From: Curvularia clavata
Lineage: Eukaryota
Length of the DNA stretch: 64,000 nucleotides
Assembly (NCBI GenBank): GCA_023920165.1
Contig: CP089277.1
Coordinates: 2,976,001-3,040,000 of the forward strand
Direction of reading: 5' to 3'
Numbering within the stretch: the first letter of the stretch is position 1; each line of letters opens with the position of its first letter. The notes beneath the pieces were generated by a model that was not told where the DNA came from, searched no databases, and saw nothing but the letters and a program-made list of their open reading frames with translations. Position numbers and translations under genes: made by a program. Below, piece by piece: positions 11,802 through 24,988 of this stretch.

Positions 11802-14800
11802 ATGTCTGAACCCAGCGAGACCGGAGGCCTCCCATTGGATCCAACTACCAACCAACTCCAAGGCAACATCAATACTAGTCCTCCCCCATCATCATCATCA
11901 TCACCACCACCAACATCTATTCACGCTTCACATTTCAAAACGTTGTCGTCACCGAAGCAAACCAAGGGACCCAGGAAGAACAGCCCTCGTCGCCGCCTGG
12001 AAAACACCCAACAGGAGCCACTAGTCCCCCGCACCAGCTCTGCTCGCTCCGATAGACTGTCCACCGCGAGTCCTGTAGACATGGCGTCTCAAATGTCGCC
12101 CGTCCACTACACCAAGACCGGTCGCATCAGTAAGGCAAAGAAGGGCTTGAAAGTGCACAAATGCGAGATCTGTGGTAAAGTGAGTCAAAACTTGTCACTC
12201 AATGTCAGAATCATGTCTGCTCGAACGATCTGACCATGACTAGTCTTACACACGAGCGGAGCACTTAAGGTTCGTCCAAGCTCACTTCTTCGCTGAATCA
12301 GTCTAACACCTCTTGAATGTAGGCGGCATAAGAAGAATCACACGCCAGATGAGGCACTCATGTGCGAAATTCCAGGATGCGGCAAGGTGTTTCATCGCAT
12401 GGATCTCCTCGTTCGCCACAAGGAGCGACAGTACGTAGGAACAAGATGACTCTTGACAGCTCGACACTAACATATGTGAACAGCAACGAGGTTGGAAATG
12501 ACTCCCGGCGGTCGAGCATCGACGATCCTTCAGCCCCTCTGTCCGTACCCACACCCGCTCCTGAGCCTCCCGTCATAAGCGCTGCACCCAATATGACAAC
12601 CATTCCTTATTATCAGCCCGTCTCTCCCATGAATGAGTCGGCGCCACCTCCAAGGTATAATCACGTTCAGTTTCGTACTCCTCGAACGCCTAAGGCTTTT
12701 TCCTCATGTTTCAGTCATGTTCCTCGTTCTTCTCCTCAGTCTATCATCAGCCCCAAGTGAGTTTCATTGTACATCTGCATCACGTTTCCTTTCTTTCAAT
12801 GTTTTACAATATTTGCTTTTATGGGCAGCTGCTGACATGTAAAAAGCCAACTCAAAAGACACTCTTTCGCATACGGCCGTCAATCGGTACAAAACCCGAT
12901 CCCGGTTGATGGTAACGTGCCGGGGCTATGGCATGAACCGTACAGCCCCAACCCAGGATATTCTTCTTCTAGCGGTTACGTATCCCCAATTGCACCGACT
13001 GACTATCCGCTCTACACCACTCCCTACCACCGGACACGTACGCCTTCAAACGCATCGTGCATCGACCAGCCTGGGTGGTCGTTTGCGTCACGCTCTCCAG
13101 CGTCCACCACATCAACCATGGCCTTTACCTGGCCATCTACAGAGAAGGGGCACACTGCACCGGGTATCGCTTACATGAACACTTCTTGTGCGATGACCAC
13201 CATGCCTATTGTTTCCAGTTTTGATGGAATGTCCGAGCTTGGACATTTTGGGCCAAAGAGCATGATGCAGAGAGATGAAGAGGAGAGAGCGATCCTCTTT
13301 GGAGATCAACAATACGGTATGCCTTCGATCGACAGTACCTATCCGTTTGAGCAATGTCTTGACTATTACTGGAGGCTCTTTCATCCCACTTTCCCCGTCG
13401 TCCATCGATCTACCTCTGGAAGCTCATCACCGATGCTACACGCCGCCATGGCAGCCATTGGAGGCCAGTACTCGCCCAGCCCGAACGTAAAGAAGCAGTC
13501 CCGAGACCTTCACGATCGATGTGCCAAGTTGCTTCAAGTGGTAGGTTGACCGCATGGCCTACCGACCATGGACTAAACAAGTAGCAGAGGGACCATGAAG
13601 CGATGGCCGAACCCGACCGCCTATGCGACTTCCAAGCAATCTTCCTTCTCGAAGTCGTATCCCAATATCGAGCTCGCAGAGCCGGCAAGGTCTTGTCGTC
13701 GCGCTTCGACAAGGTGTATCATAAGGTAGGCTTGAAAACAGTGTAGGCTTTGGAAGGATATTAACGAGTTCAGGCTGCCGAAGACTGCAGGCGCATTACC
13801 CAAAGACTGAGCGACATTGTATCCAGTCCTGAACAGCTCGGAGACTCAAGCTCGGATCTCTGGCATGAATGGATCGAGCTGGCGTCCTGGCAACGCTTGC
13901 TCTTGTCTTGCTACATTCTCGAGTCTCAGCAGCCGCTCCTGCTGGCTCGCAAACCCCTGCCTTCTCTTCTCCAAGACCCTACCTTTGAGCTTCCGTTTCC
14001 TGGACACACATCGCTATGGGATGCAGCAGACTTGGCGTCGTGGATAGCAGCAGCTCGGCAACACACATACTCACCCAGATACGTCTATGAGGCACCCGAG
14101 TCGACCTCGGTCTGTTTCGACACTTTCCAGTCAGCTGTATTGCTTGCCGCCCATTACAAGTGCCCTGAACCCCCTTCATCGTACATCTCGGCGCCAACTG
14201 TGTCGAGTGTCGAGCATCTTCTCTGCACCTCGCCCGTCATCATGCGAATGCTCTCCACGGCCAAGCTTGCACAGGTGACACCCCTCCGTGCGCTGCTCGC
14301 TGTATCGGGTGAGTCGTGGATCCTCTCGGAGAAGGTCGAGACACCACAACTCCTTGCCACGTTCAAGACGACCCTTCGGGCATGGGTGACCCAGTTTTGG
14401 TCTACCCCTGCATCCGAAGATGTGCCAGTCAAATCAGCCATGCGTCTTTCGGTTGAGATACTACAGCAAGCACTGCAAGAGCAGAGACTGGGTGTCCTAC
14501 CAGAAATGGGCACCGATATGGGTATCTATTTTGCCGCTTTGGTCCTATGGGTCATCACGGTGGCTGCTACTACTCGCTTCAGGGGTCTCGCAGTGGAAAC
14601 TACTACGAAGCAAGGCCGGACTCGGGGCCAGTCTCTTTCCCACCCTATGCCCAACTCCACTATGGTGGTTGCTGCTCAGGCTCCTAGCCAAGGTTCGAGA
14701 AATCTTCTTGCACCCAACCCTCCTCACTCTCCCATCATTGCCGCAACACCCGAAAATCCCATCCTAACTCACGCACAAATCACCATCAACACCATCTCCT

Positions 14801-15048
14801 TCCTCAACAACGCGCCACTGGTCTTTTCCGACGCCACGACATCAGCAGCAGACCTCTCGCGCTACCAAACGGGTTGCGTAAGCCTGCTTCTCTGGGTCAA
14901 ACTGCGACTGCGCGGTGTATCGCTCGACACTCAGAACAGCACTGCTGATGGTCTAGAAGCCAGGTCGGGGCTTGGTGAGTTGCTTGATGGCGTTACGGGA
15001 TCGCTTGAGCGCATTTTGAGGAATGGTTGGAGTGGGTGGGGGATTTGA
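11802..15048 (+). CDS. C2H2 zinc-finger transcription factor with fungal-specific TF (middle homology) domain
   Basis: Spliced fingers CEICGK/SYTRAEHLR/RHKKNH and CEIPGCGKVFHRMDLLVRHKERH, using a 26-nt exon at 12244-12269; preceded by TKTGRISKAKKG; later YWRLFHPTFPVVH motif. Alternative start at 12081. Confidence 0.88.
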
Positions 15049-15714
15049 TTTGTTCAACCCCATCTGCTTCACTCACTTCTACTTGTCCTTCATACCCTTC
15101 TTCTTTCTTCGCTTTCTACCCGAAATGCATCGTCATTTCACCCTTCTTTCTTCTTACCATCACGTCTTCTTGACACATTATCTGTTGTTCGCATAGCATT
15201 GCGTTTGGTTACGCATTCGCAGGAGTTCATGCTTTTCTCCCTCTCTTTTTCTTCCTCTCGCTCGCTCATGTAGCCTGAACAGGCTTTACGATTTTGACGA
15301 TACCTTTACTTTTCTACGGTGGATACCCCTGACGTTTTTCGAACCTTTTTCGCATACTTGCATGCATGTACGTGTAACGCATAGTTTCCTGTTTTGTTTT
15401 TGCATAGTCTCTGTTGTTGGGGAGCGCTGGAGACGAACTGTATAGCACATGTGTTGTTATGTACCGTACATCGAGTTTACTAAGTAAATGACATTGCTTG
15501 ATCATACATGTCTTGTTTTGCTAAAGATTTGGTATTTGTGATGAAATAGAGAGAATAGATAAGGAGATGCCAAGATAGGGCAAGGAATAAGTACCATGGT
15601 ACAGGTATCAAATCAAGCGATAAGTCTGCTTCTTCTTAAACAAAAGAACGGTAACCAAATCACACTATACATCCATGGCTCATTTTACCACATAAGACGA
15701 CCCAGCCAGTGTCT

Positions 15715-17395
15715 CTACAACTTCGACTTACGCTGAAGATACAGCTTGACCGCAAACGCCGCTGCGAAAGAAAAAGCGTTAGCAAACCCCTTTTCCATAG
15801 CAGACGAACGGATCTTTCTACTCACCAACAACAGCTGCCAAGCTCTTCACACCCAGCACACTCATGAACCACGCGCCCCATCCGAGCGGACGTCCCTGGC
15901 GATCAAAGTTGGGCTTCATATCATTCATATCCATCATCTTCTTCTGCTTGCTAGCCGTGTAAGGCGGGTACCTAACCGACATGAGGCCCTCGATCCACGC
16001 CGGGGTCGTAGTCACACTCCTACGGTGCGTGAACGTTTCGAAGCTAGCTTTTCCTCTGTACGCGCCCTGGCCACTGGTTCCGACACCGCCAAAGGGCAGA
16101 GTGGGGATGGAACCATGGAAGAAGCCATCATTGAGGGAAGCACCACCGCTACGTGTTTGGGCAATGATTTGCTCCATTTCGGCCTTTGAGCCAAAGGCGT
16201 AGGTGCCGAGTGGGGTGTCGTGGATCTCGTTTGCGATTCTGATGGCTTCGTCGAGGTTCTCGACGGGGAGGATAGGGAGGAGTGGGCCGAAGGATTCGGA
16301 GGTTACCATGCTGTCGTTCATGTCGTTGATTTGGACGACGGTGGGCTCAATGAAGAGGTCGGATTCGTCCATGGTGCCACCAATGACGATCTTGCCGTTG
16401 CTGTCATCGACCATCTTCTTGATGCGCTTGAATTGGCGCTCGTTGACGATGCGGCCGTAGTCGGGCGACTTGCGGGGGCCGTCGGGGTAGAACTCCTGGA
16501 GCTGCTTCTTCATCTCCTCAATGAAGGCGGGCAGGATCTCGCGGTCGACAAAGGTGCAGTTCTGGCTGAGGCAGACCTGGCCGGCATTCAGAGTCTTGGC
16601 CCATAGCAGGCGCCTGGCGGCCAGTCGGGGATCAGCATGCTTTGTGACAATGGCAGGGTTTCTGCCACCCAGTTCGAGGGTGAGTGGTGTGAGTGTCTCA
16701 GCAGCCTTCTTCGCAATGATCTTGGCAACAGCCTCGCCACCAGTATAGAAGATCTTATCCCACTTCTGGTCGAGGAGAGCGGTGGTCTCGGGAATGGCGC
16801 CCTGAATACACGTGTAGCAATCAGGGTCAACGGAATCGCGCAGGATCTTTTCGATCACGGCGGCGGCATTGGGCGATGACTCGGAGGGCTTGACGACGGC
16901 GGTACATCCGGCTGCAATGGCACCAATGAGGGGTCCGAGGGTGAGTTGGATGGGAAAGTTGTAGGCTCTGTTGTCTGGTTAGTGCTCCTCGCTCAATCCC
17001 TCAACATGGCATTGCGCAGCATACCCAATGATCAAGACGGCGCCAAGCGGATCCTTCTTGATGCGCGGACGAAGCGGCTTGTTAGTCCAGGGGATATCCG
17101 ACGCAGCCTCGTCCTTCGCGAAGCGCTTGACGTTGTTGGCCATCCAGATGCAGTCGTTCATGCACCACGAGATCTCAGTCAGGTACGTCTCAAAGTCAGA
17201 CTTTCCGAGATCGCGCTTGCAGGCTTCCCTGATGAGCTCGGCATTGTCCTTGAAGCCCCAGTACAGCTTGCGCAGCTGCTGGATGCGGTACTCGAGGGGC
17301 TTGGTCTTGTGGGAGAGGAAGCTGGCGCGCACCTTGGCGCACGTAGGCGCGATGTCGTCCAGGGGCGTGTGCTCAAAGGGAGCTATTTGTGCCAT
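15715..17395 (-). CDS. Aldehyde dehydrogenase, ALDH3 / fatty-aldehyde (Hfd1, YLO-1/CarD-like) class
   Basis: FYTGG, LELGGRNP (catalytic Glu), NAGQVC (catalytic Cys), ESFGP and PFGGVGTSG motifs; hydrophobic C-terminal tail; last intron 15762-15825 gives the ending ...LYLQRKSKL*. Confidence 0.92.
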
Positions 17396-19257
17396 TGTGT
17401 CGTAGATGTGGATGGAGGATGGGAGAGTTTCAGCCAAAAGCAAAAGGCAGAGCGGCACAGATGGCCTCCTATAAGCTGTTGAGCACTTGCGTCGACGGCG
17501 GCTCACAAGCATGCCGTAGACAATGCCTCGGTCCCATACGCTAGGCCGTAGCCCCGCTTCAGTCACGCCCCATTCGTATTAGCCCGTGTAGTCGCAACCC
17601 TTTTCATCTGATCTATTGGCGCCCCGGCCCGCCCTGTTCTAATGCTATAGCCGGTATGAAGTCTTAATGTGGACATTATGAGTAGGCTAGGGGCTTCAAT
17701 CCATGTCTGAACGGTATTCCAGGGTCATGTCTTGAGTTGTCAAGGCCTCAAATCCCATATTCGCTTCGAGAGATGATACGGTGGCTCTTCTTTCCCGTTG
17801 CTTTCACTTATATTACCAAGACTTGATGGTCTCTCCTTGAGCTGCACAGGTGCGACCTGGACGGCTACAGACAGACTCGGTACCGTCAAATCTGTTCGTT
17901 CCACCGAAACACCAGGGACGTTGACCAAAGCGACTTGTCATTCACACTACACGATGATTGTTCTTCAGTAGATATTGAGATTGCTTCTCCTTCGTCCTTT
18001 CCTATTCTGTATTCTCATAGATTACCCCTCTTTCATACTCTTCTCACAAGAATTCCAACACAGCAGTCTCCATGTGCTCTCACATGCAGGGACCAAAGCT
18101 CGACAGCTATCATCCCTGCTACCCCAGCCATGAACTAACCGAGTCGGAACTCGGAAGCCGAGCGCTTTCCGAACGGTAGACTTGGCACCCACGCACTCAA
18201 GTTGACATTGTGCCGGTACACGTATGTTTGTGACGTGGACTGGATTTTCTTTTCTTGCCTTCGTTCCTGCTGCTTCGGACTTGGAATGTTTCCATAACCC
18301 GCTTCGGCTTCCTTGATCCGATCTCTGAATCTGTGCATAGTTGAGTGTATTGGCCATTAGGTAAGAATACACGTCAGTATGAGCTATGAGAATGCCTCAT
18401 AACTTGATGGTCTATATGATGTTGAGTACCTGGCCTATAGTTTCCATTCACACATTGCGCCATCAGAACCCCGCAGCTGATAACAAAGAAACTGTCACGT
18501 AAGAATCACGTGAAAAGTAGTCCATACATCTGGAATACTGGGCCCAATCACGGGTATGCATATCCTCTGGTTACTCAGCCACATACTAGGATGTTACCCC
18601 CGCTTTAGGCGACTTCTTCTCTCTTTAACAAGCTCTTCTCCAAGACGTACGTTTCGGTCGTGTTCTGTAACAGCCTAACCAAAGCAATACTGTTCTATTA
18701 TCCTCGATGATATTGTCTTCATTCTCTCCTGTCAACTGTACATTGTTTTTCATATAAACGTTTAAGGGGCGATGAACAATGTCTCAACATCACCCGAGTT
18801 CTCTCTAAGGAGCTCTCGTGTTGCCAAGATAGGACAAAGTTTCGATTAAATTCGTGATCTACGTCATTTGTAATCTAGTGGAGCTCATGGTAAGACGCCC
18901 ATTGCCTACCACTGGAACTTGATTTCAGCTTGTAATCCTACTCGCTTAGGACCTCACTGCCTTGCAGTGCTCCCAAGTAGCTTACCAATTGCATAAGCTT
19001 ACAAATCACAAAACAAAGACTGCATACACCACTACCATACGCAATGGAATAGCCGGGAGCACGTCACTTAGCTGAGATATAAGTCAACATGGCGTCTTAG
19101 GGAGGAGGTACCATCTTACATTCATCTCGTCAGCGATCTTTCCTAAAAGCAATCTATTCTATTTCTTGTTGAAACCTAGAAAGTCTTGTGCCCTTTGCTT
19201 TACTCAATAGTTTATTGTGACTACTATAAATACATCAAGAGTCTTGCCAAGAGCAGA

Positions 19258-20461
19258 ATGTCACGCAATCTACCCCTACGCGCAGCGCTGATTGGACTCT
19301 CCTCTTCAGCCGCGACATCGTGGGCTGCTACTGCACACCTCCCCGGACTCCTTACGCCCGTCGGTCGCTCGAAAATCACCATTGCTGCGTTACTCAATAG
19401 CAGTGTTGATGCTGCAAAGGCTGCCATTCGGCACTACAAACTACCCGCCGAAACCAAAGCCTACGGGAGTCCAGAAGATCTTGCAGCAGACCCAGACATT
19501 GATCTCGTGATATGCAACACAAGGGTCGATAAACACCATGAGACCGTTCTTCCAAGTGTGAAAGTAGGCAAAGATGTGTTCCTCGAGTGGCCCATTGCCG
19601 CAAATCTAGACCAAATCCGCGAGCTGGTGGAAGCGACAGAGAAGAGCGGATCTAGGGTTGCAATTGGCTTACAGAGGCGATGGGCGCCGCCGATAATCAA
19701 ATTGAAAGAAATCATAGAGGGGGGAGAGTTAGGCAAAGTTCTGAGTTCGACTGTTCAGGCCTATGGAGGAATCAACAACAGAGATATCCTACCTCCGCCA
19801 CTGACCTATTTCACACAAAAGGAAATCGGTGGAAATTTCATAAGCATTGCTGTTGCGCATGGTGAGAATCTTCCCGTATCCAAACTACAGCACTACTAAC
19901 GGCTGCACAGTCCTTGACTTTGTGCAAGCAGCCATCGGTCGCCTCGACACATCTACTATCCAATCCAAAGCCCAGCTTCAACGCCCCAACGTCCTCATCC
20001 GCGATCCTTCAACCAATGAGTTCGTCGGCGAAACAGTCTCCAATGTCCCTGACTTTATCTCCCTCCATGGAGCGCTGGCCGAGTCACCCCAAACAGCACC
20101 CAACGCCACCCTCGCATTCCAGTTTCGCGCCGGCCCAGCCTTCCCCGGCACACCTATGCTAACCTGGTCCATAAACTGCGAGCGCGGCGAGATTAAGGTG
20201 TTATCAGTGACGAGCCCTTTCCTTCGCTTCCACGAGGGCGATGGACCGGTCACAATCCAAGTCCACAACTTTGACAGCGACGAAGTCAAGGACGTAGCCT
20301 GGGATTGGAGCGAGGAACAGAAACAAGTGCCGATTATTGCTAGAGATATCATGAAGAGCTTGCTTGATTTCGCAGAGGGGAAGAAGGAAGGTGATGGGTG
20401 GGTGGGGCTGAAAGATGCGGCGGAATATGCAAAAACTATTAACTCGTTCCTGGAAGTTTGA
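19258..20461 (+). CDS. Gfo/Idh/MocA family NAD(P)-binding oxidoreductase (Gal80-like)
   Basis: LIGLSS...SWAATAHLP, YGSPEDLAADPDIDLV, VFLEWP and GLQRR motifs; one intron at about 19862-19910. Confidence 0.88.
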
Positions 20462-21320
20462 ATTTGAGAGATGGCATCAATGTCTTTCGGATAATCTTTG
20501 ACGAGGAGTTCGAGTACGTATTTGTTTTCTTGATGTAGCATCAGTTAATCACACCAAATGAATTCAAGCTGAACCAGGACTCTGCTTGTTGGCGAAGAGT
20601 GACGTCTTTTCATCAAAAGACAGGTGTACAAGACAGAAAGATAGACTAGTCCTCTGTCCCTCACCATGGATCAGCTAATATTTGCTGTCCTCATCGCACC
20701 CCACTCCTCTCCAACACGATCCGCAATTTGTCTATCTCACATGTCGGTTCAAATGTCCGCTCATATCTCAACTTGTTCCAGTCTTGAAAATTCCTCCGTA
20801 GACTATCGTTCTCCTCTTGGAACTTGGCTGCCATTGCCTAATACTCTCGCAGCTCCTCACCAGACTCCCTGGCTCGGAAATTCAAAGCCATACGTGGGTC
20901 CTCTTCTGCCTACGCATACCGCTTTCGAAGACTTTTGATGGCACGCGTGTTCTTCCGAGTTACGTCTTGGACATCTTCGCTATTGTCGCGCACTCATCGA
21001 CCATAGGCATCCCGTAGCCAATCACGAGCGGCGCATACGTGTTCGTAGGCGAAGTTATCGCCGGCTCTATTGTGGATGGCGCAGTATTCAGTGTATAGAC
21101 TAACGTATCTCGCAGTAAGTAGGTTACGAGACCATTCGTTACTGTATTGCTTGTGAAAGAAACAACTATCGATCGCGGATTGATCTTCTATTTGGAAAGA
21201 TTGGGGAACGTCGTTCAGAGTTGGAATCAAAGTTGCAGTAAGCGAAAACATATTTGAAAAATCCAAGTTTGCTACAGCATTGCAGATGGGAGTTGCAGTG
21301 CTGATAGTAATGTTCTTTTG

Positions 21321-21470
21321 CAGTCTCTCCCACAACCGGTAAAACCGGAAAATTAAAACAAGCTCACCTTTGCATTCAACGCAGTAAAGACAACTTTGAT
21401 AAATACCACTACTTTGGAAAGCGATGATTTTGTAGGCTGCCATTTTCTGGTTTCACCAGTCGAGAGGCAG
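21321..21470. mobile_element. Degenerate MITE-like element, copy 1
   Basis: Left end cagtctctcccacaaccggtaaaaccggaaaattaaaacaag and right end ttttgtaggctgccattttctggtttcaccagtcgagaggcag|ta align with the copy at 25829-26004; the two ends are imperfect inverted repeats. Confidence 0.6.
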
Positions 21471-21927
21471 TACTCGCAGGCATATCTGATCTCACTGGAA
21501 GCTAGTATGTGACGCCTTCGTGTTAAACATGATGAAGCTTCAATAGAAGCATTAGAAACACGCATACTTTCAAGCAATGTGTGAGAAGGCTGGTGTGGGT
21601 CCAAAACGTTGTGCTCTCAAAGATGCTTATGAAAGGCCAGTGGCAACACAAAGAAAGGTAAGACGACCCAGTATTGATTACTGAGAGTAGTCTTGTCTAA
21701 CCGGGCAAAACATCTTACCTCATACTTATTGGAGTTCAGAATTATGGGTCTCATCTCCTTTACGGTGGGTGGCATCGCGACTTCCTCTTTCCCTCCGAAG
21801 CCGCACGTGCACACTAGAGTAAACAAACCTCCCCCTCACCACTCCCTCACCTATCTCTCTTCTCATCTTCTACCGCCATCTCTCTGACCTTACTTCTGAA
21901 CAAAACCCGAGACGCAATTCGATCAAG

Positions 21928-23097
21928 ATGGATGAACAGGGCCCTAAGTGGCGCCTAGGTGTGCATGAGCTTCACCGTCGACACCTTTATCTTCGACTAA
22001 TGTTGCCTAGAACATGCTGGCAACGGCAATGCAGTTTGTCAGCAAGCAGCCTGCAAGCGGAGTAACACGAAGATTGCGAAAGGTGAGCTGCGTATCGGTA
22101 CCCACACGTTGTTCGACAGAGACGGTGAGCGTCGATGGTATATGGCTTGGCGCCACTGGTGAGTGCTTCTCCACAACAGCATCTTGCAAAGCTGACACTG
22201 TCAGGGGATGCGCGACGAAGCATCAGATTGCAGGCTTGAAAGAAACCACCGGCAATGATCCCACCAAAGCGCCCGGCTTTGACAAACTGAGCCCCGAAAG
22301 CCAAGAGCAGGTGCGCCTGGCCTTTGAGGAGGGTATGCCTACCGACAAAACCTTCAAGGGCATCTGCGAGGAGCGAGCAAAAGACGCTCCCAAGTATGCG
22401 AGGGAGTATACGGACGCGACTGGCTATAAGGCTGATGTCGCTTCCCGCGCTGCTGCTTGCCGTGGACACAATTGCCTATCGGAGGGCGTCAAGATCACCA
22501 AGGGAGAGCTGCGACTCGGTATATATGTCGACTTTGATGGCGAGCACTGTTCAACCTACTATAAACATTGGGTAATTTACCCCACCCGATCCTATCCCAA
22601 GCCACAGTGTCGTCCTGACAAAGTTACAGAAGTGTATGTCCGATTACGATCTCGCCCACGCAAAGGTTTTCTTTGACAGTGGAGAGTTCGGCGGAGTCCA
22701 AGAGCTGCCTGAAGAACTCCAAGAAGTGATCGTCAAGACTTTTGAGACTGGCCAGGTAGTCGAGCCACCGGAAACTGAACCCGAGCCATCGAAGAAAAAA
22801 GCCAAGAAGTCCTGCAGCAAGAAGTCTGAGGCAAATACCGTTCCTCCAGAGCCTAGCGTCAAATCTGAGCAGGAAGGCCACTCTAATGCCGACCACACTG
22901 ATGCTGACTTGCAAGAGGCGCTTTCGCTTCCGGTAAAGACCAAGGGCAGAAGAAAAAGGGCAAAGAAGCGCCGTACGGTAACTACGGATGACTATAGCGA
23001 GGCCGAGCTGGAGTACGTGCCGAAGAAGTCAAAGAGCAGGTCCGTTCCGTTCAAGGACTCGATCATGCCAAGCCAGAATGCCGAAGAGCAGGTGTGA
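21928..23097 (+). CDS. Protein with two PARP-type zinc fingers (zf-PARP) and a basic/acidic tail; no catalytic domain
   Basis: Spliced: MDEQGPKWRL/EHAGNGNAVCQQAACKRSNTKIAKGELRIG...WRHW/GC, then YKADVASRAAACRGHNCLSEGVKITKGELRLG...YKHW/KC; three canonical introns; KGRRKRAKKRR NLS-like stretch. Confidence 0.82.
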
Positions 23098-23553
23098 GGG
23101 ATATATACGAGCAGTATGCACGTATCAGCGCTCGACTGTAACGAACTATCTCGATTCACAGCATGTCACATAATAGCGAATGTACAATTTTCAAACTTGA
23201 ACGGCATCGTGGCGAAGACAAGAGGAAGTGTGCACGTGCTGAGGGTGATGCAAAACAAGCTTACCTACCAAGACAATTGATTGAGACAGTGAAGAATAAA
23301 TTACTGACAGTCACAGCCACTTTTGAAGTAGGCCACCATTCTCCGGTTCCGCTACTTGTGAGACACTACTTGTACATTATGTCGTGTAGGTGATTAGTGC
23401 ACGTTCCACCAGAGCTCCAAAGCGGGCGCATCCTAGTCGCAAGCTGTCCTCCCCGCAAATCACATCTGCTCCACCAATCCACTGCACCACCAACCACGAC
23501 AGTGCACTATCCATCTCGACAGTGTGATACCTAGATAGGCCATACTCACCACC

Positions 23554-24218
23554 ATGTCGGGCAAGATCATCGCCGTAACCTCATCCTCGCACTTCTCCCA
23601 ACTTCTATCGCAATCTACATACACTATTGTCGACTTCTATGCCGATTGGTGCGGACCATGTAAAGCCATTGCGCCCGTCTTCCAGAGTTTGGCGGAGAAG
23701 GAGACCAAACCGGGAAAGATGCAATTTGTGAAGGTGGACGTGGACAGCCAGCAGGACGTTGCAAGGAAGTACGGCGTCAGCGCGTACGTGTATCCCCATG
23801 GAAGAGTGCTGAACTCTTGCCACGCGAACCACCACTTGGTATATGGCGCGCTAACATAAGTATTCGCAGTATGCCAACTTTCCTCGTCATCAAGTCTAAT
23901 TCGGTGGTCGAAACCATCCGCGGTGCAAACCCCTCCGCCCTTACAGCCGCCGTTCGCAAAGCCGCCAGCGACACATCGGGCCCAGGCGGTGGCTCCGCTG
24001 TCTTCCAAACCAAAGGACGCACACTCGGATCGACCACAGAACCCAGTCGGCCGGTTGGAGACAGTCCGTTTGCGGGGCTACAACGCCTGTTGGTCGGCAA
24101 TGGCGGCTTCACTGATTTGGTTGTCAGATTCGCGGCTCTCTACTTCATCAGTCTGTTCGCTTTTGACTCGTACAAGGCTGCAGAAGAGAGCCCGTTCAAT
24201 GTAAAAGCGAGGAGGTGA
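23554..24218 (+). CDS. Thioredoxin with C-terminal extension containing a hydrophobic helix
   Basis: [12 protein letters not shown] active site, VKVDVD and (A)MPTFLV motifs; intron about 23784-23869; tail [19 protein letters not shown]. Confidence 0.92.
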
Positions 24219-24913
24219 GATATAATCATGATACTGGGGTGTAGAAGTTGGAACAATCAAAGACCGTTTGGCGTTGTGGATGGGAGTAAGGCGTTTAGGA
24301 GATATACCACTTCAAATCATATTATTACGCGCTCAGACATCGTTAGATACAACCGCAGTGATGCTGGCCTTTTCACGGATTCTCTAACCACGTTCCATCA
24401 ACCACGCTCCGTTGGCAGTAGAATGACTCTCATTGATGAGTATTCCAGCAATCCAGATTTCACAATGCTTAATTCTTCACTTAGGCCCGTAGCATTGCAA
24501 TAGTCAGAGCACACCGTGAACATGTGGCTGACGTGAGATGACTATCCCGCGGAATGCCACGGCACCGGCATCCGTGCTGCGAACGCCCGATTGAACTCCG
24601 TGAAATTGAAGCAATGCGAGAGCCATAATACAAGTACAAGTAAGTCTTCATGCTATTTCATGTCAATCTCACTTTTTTTCATCTAAAGTACAAACATTCG
24701 ACATAGTTATGACGCCACATATGCTTTGGATATGCATCCATCTTCCCTACCAACCGAATCTTCCTCACGACCTAGGATTCACCTGACATTATCCAGAAAC
24801 AAAGTTTCAATCATCTTGCCCGCTTACTTTTTTGTTTAATGAATGATAATGCTAGAGGAAGATCTCGGCAGTTAACATGCCCTCTATTTCCGGTTTCGTA
24901 GACTTTTAAACCC

Positions 24914-24921
24914 TTATAAAA
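24914..24921 (+). promoter_or_regulatory. TATA-like box upstream of the small secreted Cys-rich gene
   Basis: ttataaaa about 70 nt upstream of the ATG at 24989. Confidence 0.45.
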
Positions 24922-24988
24922 CCCCAGTAATCTCCTACCGTCACCACTGCTGTCCCTATAATGCTCGTTTGATCTAACTACTGGCACA

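Noticed and set aside
17740..18372. Short minus-strand ORFs upstream of the ALDH, possibly a gene relic
   Set aside because: No family motif or consistent splice model found.
20994..21443. 149-aa minus-strand ORF
   Set aside because: Overlaps MITE copy 1 and has no recognizable motif; probably a chance ORF.
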